Below, one piece after another: positions 52,550 through 64,000 of a stretch of 64,000 nt of DNA. Below the pieces are notes generated by a model. The model made no database searches. It was not told the DNA's origin and was given only the letters and a program-made list of their open reading frames with translations. Source of the stretch: Cycas panzhihuaensis (taxonomy: Eukaryota; Plantae; Cycadophyta); the NCBI GenBank assembly GCA_023213395.1, contig CM041465.1:211613741-211677740 (forward strand), in the 5' to 3' direction. Within the stretch, counting starts at the first letter, position 1. Each line of letters opens with the position of its first letter. The position numbers and the translations under genes are program-made.

Positions 52550-53575
52550 TATTTCAATCTTTACAATATTTTAATTGTCATAATATAGTGTAGTTGCCTC
52601 ATCCTAACATAGTCCTAAATCACCAAGCACTCGTCTCAACTAGACAGCCTCAAAGGTTGTTGTAATAAGAGCCTTGTACTTTACCTTAATAGAAGATAAA
52701 ACAACATTAGGCTACTTCTTTCTACTCTAAGTGATACTTATTTCTACTCTAAATGACAATAATAGAACCTAAACTAAAGTAAATATTCTAAAGTGGACCT
52801 TCTTCTATCATCACATCTAGCTCAATTAGAATTTAAATATCTTATTATCCAAAAATTATCATTCTAATTAAATTCTAATCTAAAATGTAGTATTCCCTAG
52901 AGATATCTTAAGGTCCTCTTCCTAGCTTTCCAATGCCTTAGCTTCAATTCAACCATGAAGCTTGCCACTAGATCAATTATAAAGGAAATGTTAAACTTAG
53001 TCAAATAGATCAAACTATTAACTAATTATCTTTACACCATATTATTAATTCATTCTTCATCATGTAGAGCTATCAACTTTAAACCTGCTTCTATGAGGAT
53101 ATATATAAGTTTAACTTTCTTTATTTTGAATCTCTTCAAAATTTTCTATATATATTTAGATTATGAACTAAATATTTGTCTAGACTTTTACCACACTTTC
53201 ACTCCCAAAAAGTAGTGGAGCAATCTAAAATTTATCATTTCAAATGTTTTCTTAAGATTATCCTTTAGGTCTTCAACCTTTAAGGTGTCATTCCTTATGA
53301 TCATAAGATTATCTACATATAACACTACAAAGATGACTAAAATTCCTTCAACCTTGATGTATATGTTTGGATTAACTAGTGACCTATCAAACCTATTATC
53401 CTATAAATATTGATGATCTTAGAATACGAAGCTCTTAGAGCTTACTTTAGGCCATATAAAGCCTTCTTCAAGCAACACATAAAATGTTCTTTACCCTTAG
53501 TATCATATCTAGGTAGTTCCTCTATATAGACTTCCTCCATAAACTCTATATTAAAGAAGGTATATTTAACATAAA
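52550..53575 (-). pseudogene. Ty1/copia RT-RNase H remnant
   Basis: CCLKKALYGLK*ALRA, VVLYVDNLMI, FEMINFRLLHYFLG, KYKALITTTFEAV*LRRVLGDL. Confidence 0.85.
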
Positions 53576-53582
53576 GCCATTA

Positions 53583-56415
53583 TTTTTTTTTTTTGATAAG
53601 GTAAAATACAATTAAGTGTGGGTTTAAAAACAGGCTCCCACAACCTAGTACATCAATAGAAGATTAGCATCTAGTCCAATAAAAACTGTGACAACCCCCA
53701 CAGTTTGAGGATTAATCCTTAAAGAAAAAAATAAAGCCAGGACAAGCCCCATGGCTAGCTATCACAGAGCCTCTCAGACTCAACTAGTCTCATAAACTCC
53801 TGAGGTAGATCCTACCTCTGTACAAAAGATTTCCTATTTCTGACCCCTAGTTTGCCAGAAGATCAACCACCTTATTACCTTCCCTGAAGGTGTGTCGGAG
53901 CTACACTCCTGCAAAGTCCTTAAGAGCATCCCGAGCATCCTCAATCATCGATTGAAATCTCTAGTCTGTAGTTATAGTGCTTCTCAGCTGATTTATTACA
54001 TTCTGGGAATCCCCCTCTATAATCACCTTGGAAAGGCCCCCTTCCAGGGCCGTGTTCACAGCTTTAAGCATGGCTACCGTCTCAGCAAAATGGTTTGTTT
54101 GTTGACCATAGTAATCTGTGAAAGCCCAAATGAAGCTACCCTTGGTATCTCTGCAAATACCTCCACCTCCCACTTCCCCAGGGTTGCCTTTTGAAGCATT
54201 GTTGAAGTTTATTTTGAGCTAGTGATCCTCTGGGGGTATCCAATAGTAAGTTCAGGGAATCCTATCCTCAATATTCTACTTTATGCCCCACTTTCAGAGA
54301 ATCTTACCTTTAGAAGGCCCCAAACGCTTCCCTTCAGGACTTTTGATATTTTCCTTTAACTTAGCATATATAACATTAAAAATAGACTTTGGATTCATCT
54401 GTTTATCTCAGAAAATCCTTCTGTTTCTTTCTTTCCATATGTTCCAGGATAATACCAGGAGTGAATTTTTCTAAACACTGCCTAGGACTTTACTCTTAAA
54501 TGGGTTATGTCATACTTGCCATTGATCTGCAATATTCTTTGAGTGAACCCACTTCACCTCAAAAATCTCCATCAGAATTCTCCAAACCTCTCCAACGTAG
54601 GAGTAACAAAGAAAAATATGATCTATTGATTCTTCCTCGGAGCAGCACAAGATACACTTGTCAGTTAGCTGATAATCCATCCTCATAAGATTGTCCACCA
54701 TTAAGATTCTGTTTCTGAGACAGGTCCACCAAAATACTATAATTTTAGGGATAAGATTCAGTTTCCAAACACCTTTCAAGAGGTTGTTCATCTGAGCCCC
54801 TCTCTTAAGATAGAGATTAAGGTAACCTTGTTTCGTAGAGTATTCCCCGTTTTATGAGGAGGACTAGACTATCGAATCTGCTCTATTCATTTTAGGAATA
54901 TAACATTTGTTAAGGGCCCTTTTAAGTTTGGTGATTCCTTCCATAGGGAGGGGTCCCGCTTGGAGTTCCTCAAAGTTCCTCCATCTCTTATTTCTCCTAT
55001 ACCCCCCCCCCCCCCTGCCCCAATCAAGTAATCCTTTACATAGACACCATAAAGACTCTCACAGTGAGCTTGGAAGGGGGCAAGATTGGGACAATCCTTT
55101 AGTCTTGTTGTGTTACACCAAACATCCTCCCAAAATTTTATACAATTCCCATCTCCCAAATTCCACTTTAAACCAGCTTTCACCAGTACCCTGGTGCTAA
55201 GAATACTCCTCCATATAGCAAATCCAGATGGGGAGACAAAATTCTCAGGGAGGGAGTTGCCTTGTAGGTACTTTTGAGATATAATTCTTCCCCACAAACC
55301 TCTGTAGCCCTTGACTAGTCTCCACCCTAGCTTAGCCATAAGGGCTAAATTAAATATGTGTGTTCTTCTTAAGTTTAAACCCTTGGCCCATTTCAACATG
55401 TAAAACTTATCCTAATTTACCAAGTGAATTATTTCCCCCTCTTCTACTCTAGACTAGAGGAATCTTTTCTGGATGGATTCTAGAGTAGCAGAGACCCTAG
55501 TCAGAATTTTAAAGATAGAAATCCAATAGACCGGGATGCTTTGTAGCAAGGAGGCCACAAGCTAGAGTTTACCAGCTTGGCTAAGAAGTGCACCTTTCCA
55601 ACCAACCAACTTCCTTTGAAGCCAGTCGATAAGAGGGTTCCATAGGTCCTTGGACATCTTACCCACAAAGAGGGGCATACTAAGGTATATAGTAGGCAAT
55701 TTCTTAATGCCCATTTCCAAAATATAATTAATCCACCTTTGTGTAGATCCAGGGGTATTTATGAAGTAGACACTGCTTTTTCTCAAGTTAACCTTTTGGT
55801 TCATTCCCAGTTTGTATCTTCTCAGTTCGTCCTTTATCCTGAGGGCCTCTCTAATGGAAGCTTTCCCCAAGAATATGTTATCATCAACAAATTAGTGATG
55901 AACTATGTTATCCACCCCTGAGGTTGGGCGCAAACCTTTAACGAGACCTTGACTTTTAGCAGCCTCCATGGACCTGCTTAGTAGCTCAACTAAGGTTATA
56001 AAGAAATAGGGGGATAAGGGGTCCCCCTACCTCAAGCCCCTATAGCCCAAAAAGAACTTGGATGAAGAACCATTAACAATGACCGAGTATTAAGGATTTG
56101 TGATATATAGTTTCATCCACGTCCTCCACTTCTCCCTAAACCCAAAGGTATCCAAGCACTCCATCAGGCAACTCCAGGAAACTCTATCAAAATCCTTCGA
56201 AAGATCATTTTTTATGAGCATAAAAGGCTCCTTCCTCTCCTTAACTGAGTACAAGGTTTTATGTACCATAATAATGCCATCCGTGATCTGTCTTCCTCGC
56301 ATGAAGCCATCTTGGTTCTGAGATATTATGAGGTGGTAAGCCTTTGGAGAAGTAGTTACAATGATGATTGCCAATGTCACATCCTCGTAAGGAGTTGCAG
56401 AGCCTATAAAGTATT
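53583..56415 (-). mobile_element. 5'-truncated L1 LINE ORF2 (RT, zf-RVT, RNase H) with poly(A) tail
   Basis: QDGFMRGRQITDGI, DLSKDFDRVSW, GLR*GDPLSPYFF, FVDD, YLSMPL, CILC..EESIDHIFL, NFNNASKGNPG..IIEGDSQ..FREGNKVVDLLAN; T-tract 53583-53594. Confidence 0.92.
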
Positions 56416-59400
56416 AATACAGTCAATATTTAAGGTATGCTTATTGTTTTGATTGAATATATTGCTTTGTTTGATATCATACCCTACGTGATGCCCTAAT
56501 TTGTTGCCAATTATTTATGACTCCCTTAATCTCTTGTCTGCTCATGACTATGATGGTATGCGAAGTGATTGTTTTGCTACATCTTAATTAATGTTATATT
56601 TATGTAACTCTTGAGAAATACCATTAAAACTGCCTAATTGTACAACCATGAACTTTTTGCTCACAGATTGTGATGTCATCGCATTGCTTCATCACTGTTT
56701 TATACACTATAATTTGCATTAATTATTTAGTTATCTATGATGACTTTTTACCGTCATTTGACCATTTAAGAGTATATCTTGCATTTGATCTGTATGCCAT
56801 AATTTCTGCACTACCTAATCACTTGTGTGATGGTTTAGTCATCGTTTGCCATCTATTTTTTATTTATGAAAGTCACCTATTGAATCTGAGTTAATGTCTA
56901 AATTCTTTGGAGCTGTAAGTGTTGATCATCACTAGTTTTATGGCCTGCAACCACCCTTTTACCACTCATTCTATACCGTTTGATGCCCATATTCATCAAT
57001 AACCTTGCCGTGAGGGTTGAGGGTTTTGCATGTTTATCGTTTATATTGCAATCTATGTTTAAATCATTCATGGCTGGATAAGTATTTTACGTCATTGTAT
57101 ATATATATCTTCTTCATTGATTCAATATGTCATTAAATATATTTAATGCTGTGTAAATAATTCTGTGAATATCATTTTGTCACCCTATATATGTTGTTTA
57201 TATAGCCTGCATTTATATTATTTTGTGCCACAACTGTGTGATTATTTTCACGGCCGCATATAGTTCTGTTATCGGTGTAGTGTATATTACAAGTTCCCTG
57301 CCAATGATATCAATACCTTTGCAATGATTGGCATAATATATTATAATCTGCAATATGGTCGCACTTCATAACAAACAGTTGTAAATCCTATATAGAGCAC
57401 TTAACGCAAAACATTGAAGCAAAAAGGAGATAAAGAATAATTGTCGAAAGAAGCAAAGATCACGTCATAACCATGGATGAAAGCTCAGATGCCATAGATC
57501 GACGTGCAGTCCTATTACAGACGCAAGGAGACATAAAGAAGATGTAGAATGAATGACCTACCATTGATTGTGTGTCCAATTGGAATGCCCAGTGGACCCA
57601 AACCCTCAGTCAAAGCTCATAATTTCTATTATCTGTTATGATGATTCAAAGGCACAATGTGTTTTCCTGGAGATGCTAGATGAAGTCATCCATCAAGGTA
57701 TATGTTAGGATGAAAACTTTGAAGTGAATCTCACATGAGGAGGTTTCTCCAGATAATTTTCCCAAACCACAAACAGAAAATATCACCTTCCGAGGGATTG
57801 TTGTCAGGTCTAAAGAGAGTGGCACTCCATATGAATATAATGTCATTCAGAAGGAGTCTCTTGAGGGTTGCAGCGCATGCCCACATGTAGAGTATGACAT
57901 TCTAAAGGAATTAGAGTTATACACATATTTCTGTTCACCCAAGATGAAGACAAATCAGCTACCAGTTTGCATGTTATAGTCACTTTATTCTTACTAATGA
58001 TATTTTGTAACGTTTTCATATTTTACCTGAGGTGAAGACGAATCCATCGCTAAACACAGATTATAGTTAGTATGTACGTGCTCTAATCGAGGGAGCATTG
58101 CTTTAGTGTGAAAGAGGTTAATGTATCAAGGTCATTTGTGTAGATTAATTATGTGACCTTAGGATATATTATTAGCATTAGTCTCTTAATGAAATGTACT
58201 TTATGTGCATTTAGATGTAATTTTAGGTTCATGTCATTAGACGGGAAAATCCTAACCCTAATACTCACCCTCAATAATAAAAGGTGAAATCTCAATGAGG
58301 GAGTCATTATTCATTCTCACCTCTAAGTTTGCTCTCATATCTTGTTTCATCTTCTTTTTCATTCTCCATTGCCATTGTGTGCATGTGAGTGATTTATCTC
58401 CTAGATCCATCCTTCCTTCATATGGGATCAGAGCTAGAGGGGGGATCTATTCACTCCATTCCACTTGCATGGAATCATTTTGCCTCTCCTTCACCTTCAA
58501 TGTGAAGTATTGAGAGTGTATTCATTATTTTTTAACATTTTTAGAGCTTAAAATTATAGTATTTTGAATGTTGCTAATTTTTCCATGTGTACAAAAATTT
58601 AGAGGTGAAGAATACAGGCTTTTGAAGCCGTTCAGCTGCCGAAATAGTCCCGTTAGCATTAAAGGCCCAAAATTTCATAAAAAATTGACCATCTCAGAAT
58701 TTGATGAAATTTGGCATGAAAGTTTACCTTTACTAGAGGATCATTGTTTTATTCTAAAGCAACTTTAGATTAAGCCTAAAATAGTGAGTTTTGGCTGTGA
58801 CAAAAGGGTAAATTTTGTGGATAATTGATTTAAAGCACTTTTCCTAATGAAATCCTTTAATTATAAGTTGAAAATCTGAAATTTTTATTAAGGTATCTAG
58901 TAGATTTATATCTTAAGATCAATTTAAGATAAATCTCATCAAATTTCATCCACTGGTTAGTGAGATCTATGCAGTTTTCTCACGGTTGTTGATTTTGCCT
59001 ACTCAAACCCACAAAGGACCTTGCAAGGGCATTTCGGGTAATATTTTTGGCAGATTTTGTAGATGGTACAAAAGGAAAAGTTAATGTACGTGTCAAAATT
59101 TAACTTTTTACATATTAAAGTTTAGATTTTGAGATAGTTGATTTGGCATGATTTTACTTTGGTGTTTTTTCGGGAAGAAAAGTTTTTATGCCTTTTCTTA
59201 AATCTGACTTCATGAATCTATTAGAAACGACATTATGAATATTTTTTCCTTCTATCATAAATTTAGATTTCATCATTTAGGCCTTCATATTTATAATTTT
59301 TAAAAATTTGTCTATTTATCATTATTTGTAAATTTTGTGAAAAAAAATCACAAAATAGGGCAAAATAGCATGCATATAGATTTAGAAAAATCATCATTTT

Positions 59401-59559
59401 AGTGGCAAGTTTATTCACTTTTTAGCCCATTGTAACTTTTGTATTAAAACTTCCAAAATCGTATTTAGAAACATTATACTAAAGCAAGGGAAACCTTGGA
59501 TCAGAAGCAACATTCGGTTCCCCTGCTAAATCTAGCATGCTTTTCTATTTGCACACATA

Positions 59560-59680
59560 GCATAAAGCATCACAAAAGAAACAACAACAATAAAGCATCA
59601 CAAAAATAACAACAACAACAACAAAGCATCACAAAAGTAACAACAACAACAAAGCAAGCACGAAAAGTAAGCAAGCACAT
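59560..59680 (+). repeat. Minisatellite, ~4 units of aaagcatcacaaaa(g)taa(caa)n in the copia leader
   Basis: Seen directly; period ~27-33 bp. Confidence 0.85.
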
Positions 59681-60435
59681 TTGGCAAGTTTCTATTTGAG
59701 TTTTTAGTTATATGGAAGCATCTTACACTATTCTTAAAAGGAATCTCATCTGTATGATCTATACTGCCAGTTCTTAACTTGTGCACACACTCACCTTGGT
59801 TGAAATAGACTAAGGTTGGCCAAAGTCTAGGCCCTTAGGGAGGTGTGAGTTTCACACTGGGTCTGGTCTTAACTGGAATAGTGGTGGAGGGACAAGTTAG
59901 CCATACCTATGGTCTCTAATCAGGGATAATCATGATAACCACCTGGAAAAACTGAAAACCTTAATGTAAGATTAAAATTAACCTGCTCCAATATCCATCA
60001 TAGTTGTGGGACACGCAGTATCATTTGACTCTTCGAAGGAGATACATAGTTACTCACTGGTGAACTAGGTGAGGACTGGGAATACCTAGGCTCTATTGTG
60101 ACTTGGATTTCATCACCAAGAGCAGGTGCGGGTATTGCAGGTGAAGGCTCTAATCGTATACTAGAAGCCCTAAGCATCGAAACCTCTCCTACATTTAGAC
60201 ATAAGTGAGAGGTTAGTGGCATGACACATCACCACTCTTTGTCATCTCTACATTAGACCTCATTCTTGCATCATTATTTATATTTATTTTTTTATATAAT
60301 TGTTGAAAAATAGTTAATCATTGCTTGCTTCACATTATAGCAATCATTTCTAGATCCCTGTTACGCCAGGTGTACTAGCCACATGTATCAGTGGCACATA
60401 CTTCTATCATCTCTTCTACTTCTTCATCATCACCA

Positions 60436-63400
60436 TGTCATCTCAATTCAAGAAAAATATTAACTACATGTGAAAGGTAAAGAAAATTGGGATATATGGT
60501 ACACTAGAATTAAAAATGCTACAAAGTATGAAGGCCTTTGGAGAGCCCACCTGTAACCCACACCCAACATACCAACAACGGCTACAATAGCTACTTCCAG
60601 TGGATCCGCCCCAACAGCTCCTATAGATGCTGCAACTAAACTACAATGGGAGATAGATGATGAAAAGATTCATGCAAGAATTTTGTTGGTCATTGATCAC
60701 TCCTTGCACAACTTGATAAACGAAGAGGAACATGATACAGCCTGGAAGGTCCTAGAAGTTCTTAGAAAGAACTTTGATACAAAGTCAGATTTAGAATTTG
60801 TTCATCTTGTTTTAAAAATGAACAAATTAAAAATACAAAAGGGACGAGCTCAAGAGACAATAAATCTCCTTCGACCAATCAAACAGGCAATAGATAAAGA
60901 CTTTAAGACCCAATGCATCACTTGGGCATTTTTGATCCAATCATGTTTACATGTCCCTGATTATAAAAACTTGCTTAGAAGTCTTTAATCTAGTGGAACA
61001 TTGAAGACACTCAACTTCGAAGCACTTGACGAGAAGTTCATAGAATTTGACAAGACCTTTGATACAAACTTTGTAGCCTCTAACTCTCTTCTAGATGCAT
61101 CTTTGAGATAAAAGAAGAAGTTTGCTATACAAAAAATCAAGGTCCCTCTCATGGCAGAGGAAATAAATGAGCAAGAGGAAGAGGAAGAAATATGGGAAAT
61201 CGTCCACAAGGTCAATCAAACTCTTAATCACAACCTCGATAGTTTCAAGGCCAAGGGCCACCTCAACAAAGAGCAAGAAAGTCAGGACAAACCAATACTT
61301 CTTCAGGGACTGGTAATCAAACTATTATGTGTAATCAATGTAATCGTAAAGGACACTTAGCAAAAGATTGCAGAACTGCCACTTATAAGTTGGCCAAGTT
61401 CCAACCAAAACATGGAGCTCACAATGTTGAAGAAACTTGTGAAGAATCCTTTAAAGGTGCAGGTTTTGTACAAGCACACATTCAAAGAATTGAAGGATCT
61501 TCAACATCAAATTCCATTGACTAACCAAAGAGATTCTTTGAAGCTTGGTGTGGATATATCACTTGTGAATTCCCTTTATTAATGCCAAGCCCTATAGGAA
61601 TTGCCAATAGTGTGGCTTCAGTCGATGGACAGTGGATGATGGACACAGGAGCAACTCAACATATGACATGCAATCATAGTCTATATCAAACATTTGACTC
61701 AAATATTCATGGAGTTATTCACATGGCTGATAAATCACAACAACCTATTGAAGGAATTGGCAACATTCGCCTGAAACTCCTAGGCTTAGAAGATTTTACA
61801 TTACTTGATGTCTTATACATACCTAATCTTAAACAAAACCTACTCTCTTTATCCACACTTATTTCTCCTGGATTTGATCTGAGTGTAACTGCAAATGACC
61901 AGACTCTTAAGGTCATTTACCCTCCAACTAATCAAGTGGTTTTGACTGGACATCTCGCAAACTCTTTTGACTGAATGGCTCTCCATCTTTTGAAGCTCAT
62001 TATGCCCAAAGCCCTTGTGCCGATGAAGAATTTGCATTTAATTCCATATTGACCCATCCAACGTTGTCACCAGAAGCTCTTTGGCATGCTCGTATGGGCC
62101 ATGTTCACATTGATAAACTTAGAGATCTTTCTAACACTCTTCCAAACCTTCCAAAGTTTTCCTCTAAGCCCTTTAAATGTGAAGCTTGTATTATTGTCAA
62201 ATCTCATCGACAACCCTTTCTCAAAAGTTAGTAGAAATCGAGCCATCCATTACAATTGGTACACTCTGATTTGTGTGGGCCAATACCCATTCTTTCACTG
62301 AAGGGAAAGCTATATTACATCTCTTTCATTGATGATTTCACTAGAAAAGTATGGGTAGCTTTTCTACACAAGAAAGATAAAGCATTCTGTATATTCAAGG
62401 AATTCAAAGCCCTTACTGAAAAAGAGTCAGGTTATCAACTCAAATATCTTCAAACTGATAATGGTGGAGAATATACCTCACATGAGTTTAAAAGCTACCT
62501 TTGAGACAATGACATCAAGCATAAAACAATAGTAGCAGGTACCCCACAGCAAAATGGAGTTGCCAAGTACATGAACAGGACAATCATGAACATGGTTCAT
62601 GCTATGTTAATATATAAAAATGTACCTACCTATTTATGGGCTAAAGCAATCTGGATAACTATTTATTGTATCAATGTTGTTAGCCCATAAAAGCAAGCAA
62701 AATCACCTAATGAAAAGTGGTCAGGACAAGCCCCTATTATTCACTACTTTAAAATTTTTGGCTCTACATGCTATACCCATATTCTAGATGCAGATTGAAA
62801 TAAACTCCAGCCAAGGTCACTTAAAGGCATCTTTGTTGGATACCCTATGGATAAGAAAGGGTATAAGGTCTTTATACCTTCACAACGAAAAATCATTGTT
62901 GCCAGAGATGTCATTGTTGTGGAGATAGAGGATCAGTTACTTAAATTAGACTCCATAGTACCCTCACGTCGCTATAATAATGTTATCAAGTATGATGTTT
63001 AGATTCCAAAATTTAGGAGGGGGATAGATATAAATTACTCCAAATATTGGAAGCTGACAATAGAGCCTTGGAGGATACAAGTTGTGACTCTAAACCAATG
63101 AATGCACATCTAGTACCATCTTTTGAAGATAACAGAGTTGACAAAGGCAAAGCCATTATAGAAGAACCATCCTCTCCACCTTCAGTTGACAAAGGTAAAA
63201 TAGTCGTAGAAGGACCATCTTCCTTAGGCACATCAACATCCTCCTCACAAAATAATCATTTTAATAAACATGATGAGAACTAAGAAGTTGGGGAAATGAG
63301 GATATCATTCCCAACTCAAGGATCTCGAGAAGCCCGCCAGCTCAAAAAGGACATACAACCAGATGAGGTGGGAAAAACTGGCACTTAAAGTACCCATAGA

Positions 63401-64000
63401 GAAAGGATGCAAGAATCATTGTATACTGAGTTTGAACTAGCAGAATTGTACCTTACTCTTAATGAAGAGCCCTTAACGTACCAAGAAGTTATGAAGCATA
63501 CAGCTTGGAGAAACGCCATGAATGAAGAGTACCAATCTCTTATTAAGAATGGTACATGGGAGCTTATTGATCTACCACTTGGTAGAAAGGTAGTTCAAAA
63601 TAAATGGGTGTTCAAAAATAAATATAGATCAAATGGTACCCTTAAAAAACACAAGACGAGGTTGGTAGCTAAAGGATTTACACAAAGGGAAGGCATCGAC
63701 TACACTGAAGTCTTTGCACCTACAACTAAGTGGCCTACAATTAGAACTCTTGTGGCCTTGGATGCTCAACAAGATTAGAAAATCCACCAACTCGATATTA
63801 AAACCATGTTTCTCAATGGAGATCTTGAAGAAGAAATTTACATGGCTCAACTAAAAGGATATGAGATCGAAGGTTAAGAGCATAAGGTTTGTAGCCTCAG
63901 AAAATCCTCGTATGGTCTTAAACAAGCCCCTCGCACTTAGTTTGCCAAGTTGTCTAAAAGGATGAGGCAACTTGGATACGAGGTTTGTGACTATCAAGAT
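60436..64000 (+). pseudogene. copia gag-pol, disrupted by stops and frameshifts
   Basis: ORF fragments from 60683 to 63778 in gag-PR-IN-RT order. Confidence 0.9.

Larger units (their letters stand above)
58109..64000 (+). mobile_element. Ty1/copia element with a ~2 kb leader, continuing beyond the window
   Basis: LTR tgaaag(58109)..ccttca(58420); PBS tgggatcagagc 58423-58434; gag from ~60436 with CNQCNRKGHLAKDC; protease WMMDTGATQHM; LWHARMGH; integrase VHSDLCGP..LQTDNGGEY; RT KNGTWEL..RLVAKGFTQREGIDY..YGLKQAPR. Confidence 0.93.

Noticed and set aside
53571-56416. Possible L1 TSD ataaagccatta / ataaagtatta
   Set aside because: Imperfect AT-rich match, and the copia host does not visibly resume after 56416

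Overview
Almost the entire 64 kb is a nest of decayed plant retrotransposons. The element types suggest a large, heavily methylated genome, possibly a gymnosperm (inference). I see no intact host gene, rRNA, tRNA or CRISPR array. In order: a minus-strand gypsy gag remnant behind a tandem pair of ~2.6 kb LTR-like repeats; a chromovirus-type gypsy 5' half (8.3-10.8 kb); an old gypsy gag-protease element split by a 14.6 kb Tat-like element (13359-27940); a second chromovirus-type 5' half; a minus-strand copia whose RT is interrupted by a 2.8 kb non-autonomous LTR element (33323-36123); a deleted copia with both LTRs and a TSD; an Athila-like element; two L1-type LINE remnants; and a copia running off the right edge. 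Two things stand out. First, the 2.8 kb element has a perfect GATAA TSD, PBS and PPT, and its only recognisable coding content is an intronless tandem-BRCT host gene fragment (At4g02110-like). Second, the 14.6 kb element has 3 kb LTRs, gag and protease but no RT or integrase. It carries an antisense, probably spliced, plant-mobile-domain (PMD) gene, an orphan antisense ORF and a stand-alone archaeal-type RNase H ORF. The same 26-28 bp palindrome occurs in both of its LTR promoters and upstream of the antisense gene. All protein assignments are by motif recognition, with no database searches.
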